Positions 59,183 through 64,000 of a stretch of 64,000 nucleotides of DNA are shown here, piece after piece. The notes beneath the pieces are model-generated. The model ran no database searches, was not told the DNA's origin, and saw only the letters and a program-made list of their open reading frames with translations. The position numbers and the translations under genes are program-made. The stretch is from an uncultured Acidobacteriota bacterium (lineage in GTDB: Bacteria; Acidobacteriota; Thermoanaerobaculia; UBA5066; DATFVB01): NCBI GenBank assembly GCA_963813155.1, contig CAWEYG010000003.1, positions 864,001-928,000 on the forward strand, in the 5' to 3' direction. Position 1 is the stretch's first letter, and every line of letters begins with the position of its first letter.

Positions 59183-60562
59183 ATGCAAAAGCTGAGCTTC
59201 TTCGGAGCCTGCGGAACGGTGACGGGCTCCAAGTACCTGCTGGAATCGGACGGAAAGAAGATCCTCGTCGACTGCGGCCTCTTCCAGGGAGGGGCGGCAC
59301 TCCGTCAGCTCAACTGGGAACGGCCCCCGGTGGACGCCCGGACCGTCGACGCGATCGTTCTGACGCACGCCCACATCGACCACACCGGCTACCTTCCCCG
59401 TTTCGTCAAGGACGGCTTCAAAGGGCCGGTCTACTGCTCCGCGCCGACCCGGGCCCTCCTGAACTATCTCCTTCCCGACGCCGGGAGGCTCCAGGAGGAA
59501 GAAGCCTCGTACGCGAACCGGAAAGGCTATTCGCGCCACAAGCCGGCTCTTCCCCTGTTCGCGGAAGCCGACGCTCTGTCGGCCCTCAAGCTGCTGCGCG
59601 ACGTCCCGTTCGACCAATCCGCAACCCTCTCTCCCGGCATCGAGTTCTCCCTCCACCGGGTGGGCCACATCCTGGGAGCGGGCTTCGTCCGGATGCAGGC
59701 GGGAAACGTCTCGGTGCTCTTTTCGGGGGACGTCGGACGAAAAGACGTCCCGATCCTGAAAGACCCGGAGCCGATCCTGGCGGCCGACTACGTTCTGCTC
59801 GAATCGACCTACGGCGACCGCAGCCACGGCGACGAATCGCCCCTGACGGCTCTCGCGCGCGTCGCGGCCGACGTGATCGCGAGGCGGGGCATCCTCCTGA
59901 TTCCGGCGTTCGCCGTCGGCCGCACCCAGGAGATCCTGTACTACCTGCGCGAGCTCCAGCGCGCCGGAAAGATCCCCGCGGACCTTCCGATTTTCGTCGA
60001 TTCGCCGATGGCCGTTTCCGCGGTCGAGATCTATCGGGAGTTCACGGGCGAACACGACCTCGAGATGACGCAACTCGAAAACTCCCACGAGTCCCCGATC
60101 GGGGGGCCGACCGTCCGGCTCATGCGAAGCGTCGAGGAATCGAAGTCGCTCAATGGGTTGAAGGGCCCGGCGGTGATCATCTCCGCGTCGGGAATGCTGA
60201 GCGGCGGCCGGATCCTCCACCACCTCACCCAGCGTCTGCCGGACCCCGCCACCACGCTCCTCTTCGTCGGCTACCAGGCGGAGGAGACGCTCGGCCGGCT
60301 GATCGAAGACGGCGCGAAGACCGCGAGGATCCACGGAATGAGCGTCGAGATCCGCGCGCGAATCGAGCAGATTCCGGCGTTGTCGGCCCATGCCGACCAG
60401 GGCGAGCTCGTCGAATGGTTCTCGAAGATCCCCGTCAAGCCGCGCCGGACGTACCTCGTGCATGGAGAGGACGCCGCCCGCGAGGCGCTCGCCGGAAAGC
60501 TTCGCGCGCTTTCGATCGACGTCCGGCTGCCCCTGCGAAACCAATCCGAGGCGCTCGGTTGA
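59183..60562 (+). CDS. MBL-fold beta-CASP ribonuclease
   Basis: [47 protein letters not shown]. Confidence 0.9.
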   Translation: MQKLSFFGACGTVTGSKYLLESDGKKILVDCGLFQGGAALRQLNWERPPVDARTVDAIVLTHAHIDHTGYLPRFVKDGFKGPVYCSAPTRALLNYLLPDAGRLQEEEASYANRKGYSRHKPALPLFAEADALSALKLLRDVPFDQSATLSPGIEFSLHRVGHILGAGFVRMQAGNVSVLFSGDVGRKDVPILKDPEPILAADYVLLESTYGDRSHGDESPLTALARVAADVIARRGILLIPAFAVGRTQEILYYLRELQRAGKIPADLPIFVDSPMAVSAVEIYREFTGEHDLEMTQLENSHESPIGGPTVRLMRSVEESKSLNGLKGPAVIISASGMLSGGRILHHLTQRLPDPATTLLFVGYQAEETLGRLIEDGAKTARIHGMSVEIRARIEQIPALSAHADQGELVEWFSKIPVKPRRTYLVHGEDAAREALAGKLRALSIDVRLPLRNQSEALG

Positions 60563-61727
60563 CGATCGTCCGCAAGGCGCGCCGGGTCGCGATCCAGACG
60601 GCGAAGGGCTTTTTCGGGGACCGCGGGCCCGACCTGGCGGCTTCGCTCACGTTCTCCACTCTCCTCATGGCGGTCCCGCTCGCCGCGACGTTCGCAATCC
60701 TCCTCGCGACGTTCTTTCGGGAGAACGACCTCGCGATCCTCGACGCGGTCAACATGGCCCTTCCCTACCAGAGCGCGAGGATCACCGCGAACCTTCGCGA
60801 GTTCATCGACTCCGCCAAGACGGTTTCGGGCGTGGGGGTGGCGGTTCTCGTCGCGACCTCGCTCCGGCTGATCTTCATCATCGAGGACACGGTCAACCAC
60901 GTGTGGGGAGCGCCCAAACGCCGCCGCCTTCTCGCCCGAATGATCGTGTACACGGTCGGCCTCTTCGCCGGGGCGCTCCTGCTCGGGGTATTCGTTTCCG
61001 GCATCGGCCAGCTTCGCAAGCAGGCCGCGCTCGAGAACATCCTCGCTTCGGCTCTGTTCGGAAGGCTCTTCGCGGCCCTCGTCGTCGCGGCCGCGCTGAC
61101 GCTCCTCTACCGATTCCTGCCGAACGCGCGCGTCTCCTGGGGATCGGCCGCGCTCGCGGCGGTCATCGTCTCGCTCTCGCTTCGCATCATCAAGATCGGG
61201 TTCGCCCTGTACTTCACCCTCTTCCACACGATCAACATCATCTACGGCTCTCTTTCCCTCATCCTCCTTCTCCTGCTGTCGCTCTTTTTCTTCTGGGAGC
61301 TCGTGCTCGCCGGCGTGGAGCTCACGTTCGTGCTCGACGCCGGCGAAGACGCCTCGGCGGATCGTGCCGGGGAGGGACGAGCGGAATCCGCCCTCCGGCT
61401 CCTGATCGCGCTGGCCGGGCACGCCGATCCGGTCCGCATCGACGATCTCAAGCGCGAGCTCGGCCGTTCCGACCTCGAATCGATCGCGAGGCAACTCGCC
61501 GAGGACAAACTCCTCTCCGAGACCGACGGGCAGGGATGGGCCCTCGCGCGAAAACTCGAATCGATCCCCCTTTCCAGGGTCGTGACCGCCGTTTCTCCGG
61601 ATCTGCTCTCGGTGGCGCCCGACGGCCACGACCGGGTCGCGCGAATCCTTCGGCGGCTCTTCCGGAAACAATCCGCCGAGCAGCAGGTTCTGCTCACCCT
61701 CACGGTTGCGGAGCTTTCCTCGCGAAA

Positions 61728-61731
<4 letters not shown>
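60559..61731 (+). CDS. YihY/BrkB family membrane protein with a C-terminal wHTH-like extension
   Basis: [21 protein letters not shown]; TTG overlaps the previous stop; C-terminal GWALAR. Confidence 0.82.

Positions 61732-64000
<2,269 letters not shown>

Overview
High-GC (roughly two-thirds G+C), gene-dense bacterial chromosomal window. Gene content (bat operon, sulfatase-TPR, PGNLRA-type EF-P, M1/S9 peptidases) suggests Acidobacteriota, possibly Thermoanaerobaculia; this is an inference. It holds batABCD, c-di-GMP enzymes, lat, maf, exeA/gspB, gdh, a GT2-radical SAM-acyltransferase operon, a perR-rubrerythrin-FeS oxidoreductase-DUF3501 cluster, a fused NfnB/NfnA-like flavoprotein, efp, fadL plus an SGNH lipase, a DAK2-DegV fusion, gcvTHP, two Ser/Thr kinases, selD and yyaL. 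Signals the ORF track misses: (1) two in-frame UGA codons at catalytic Cys positions, giving a Sec-containing SelD with a good SECIS-like hairpin and an apparently exported thioredoxin(UxxC)-TPR selenoprotein; (2) an IS30 element inserted into a REP-like doublet, taking its stop codon from the REP; (3) a family of long structured intergenic elements with covarying stems, one read through by the rubrerythrin ORF; (4) many apparently leaderless genes; (5) nine frameshifts, each fixed by removing one base, most likely assembly insertion errors.
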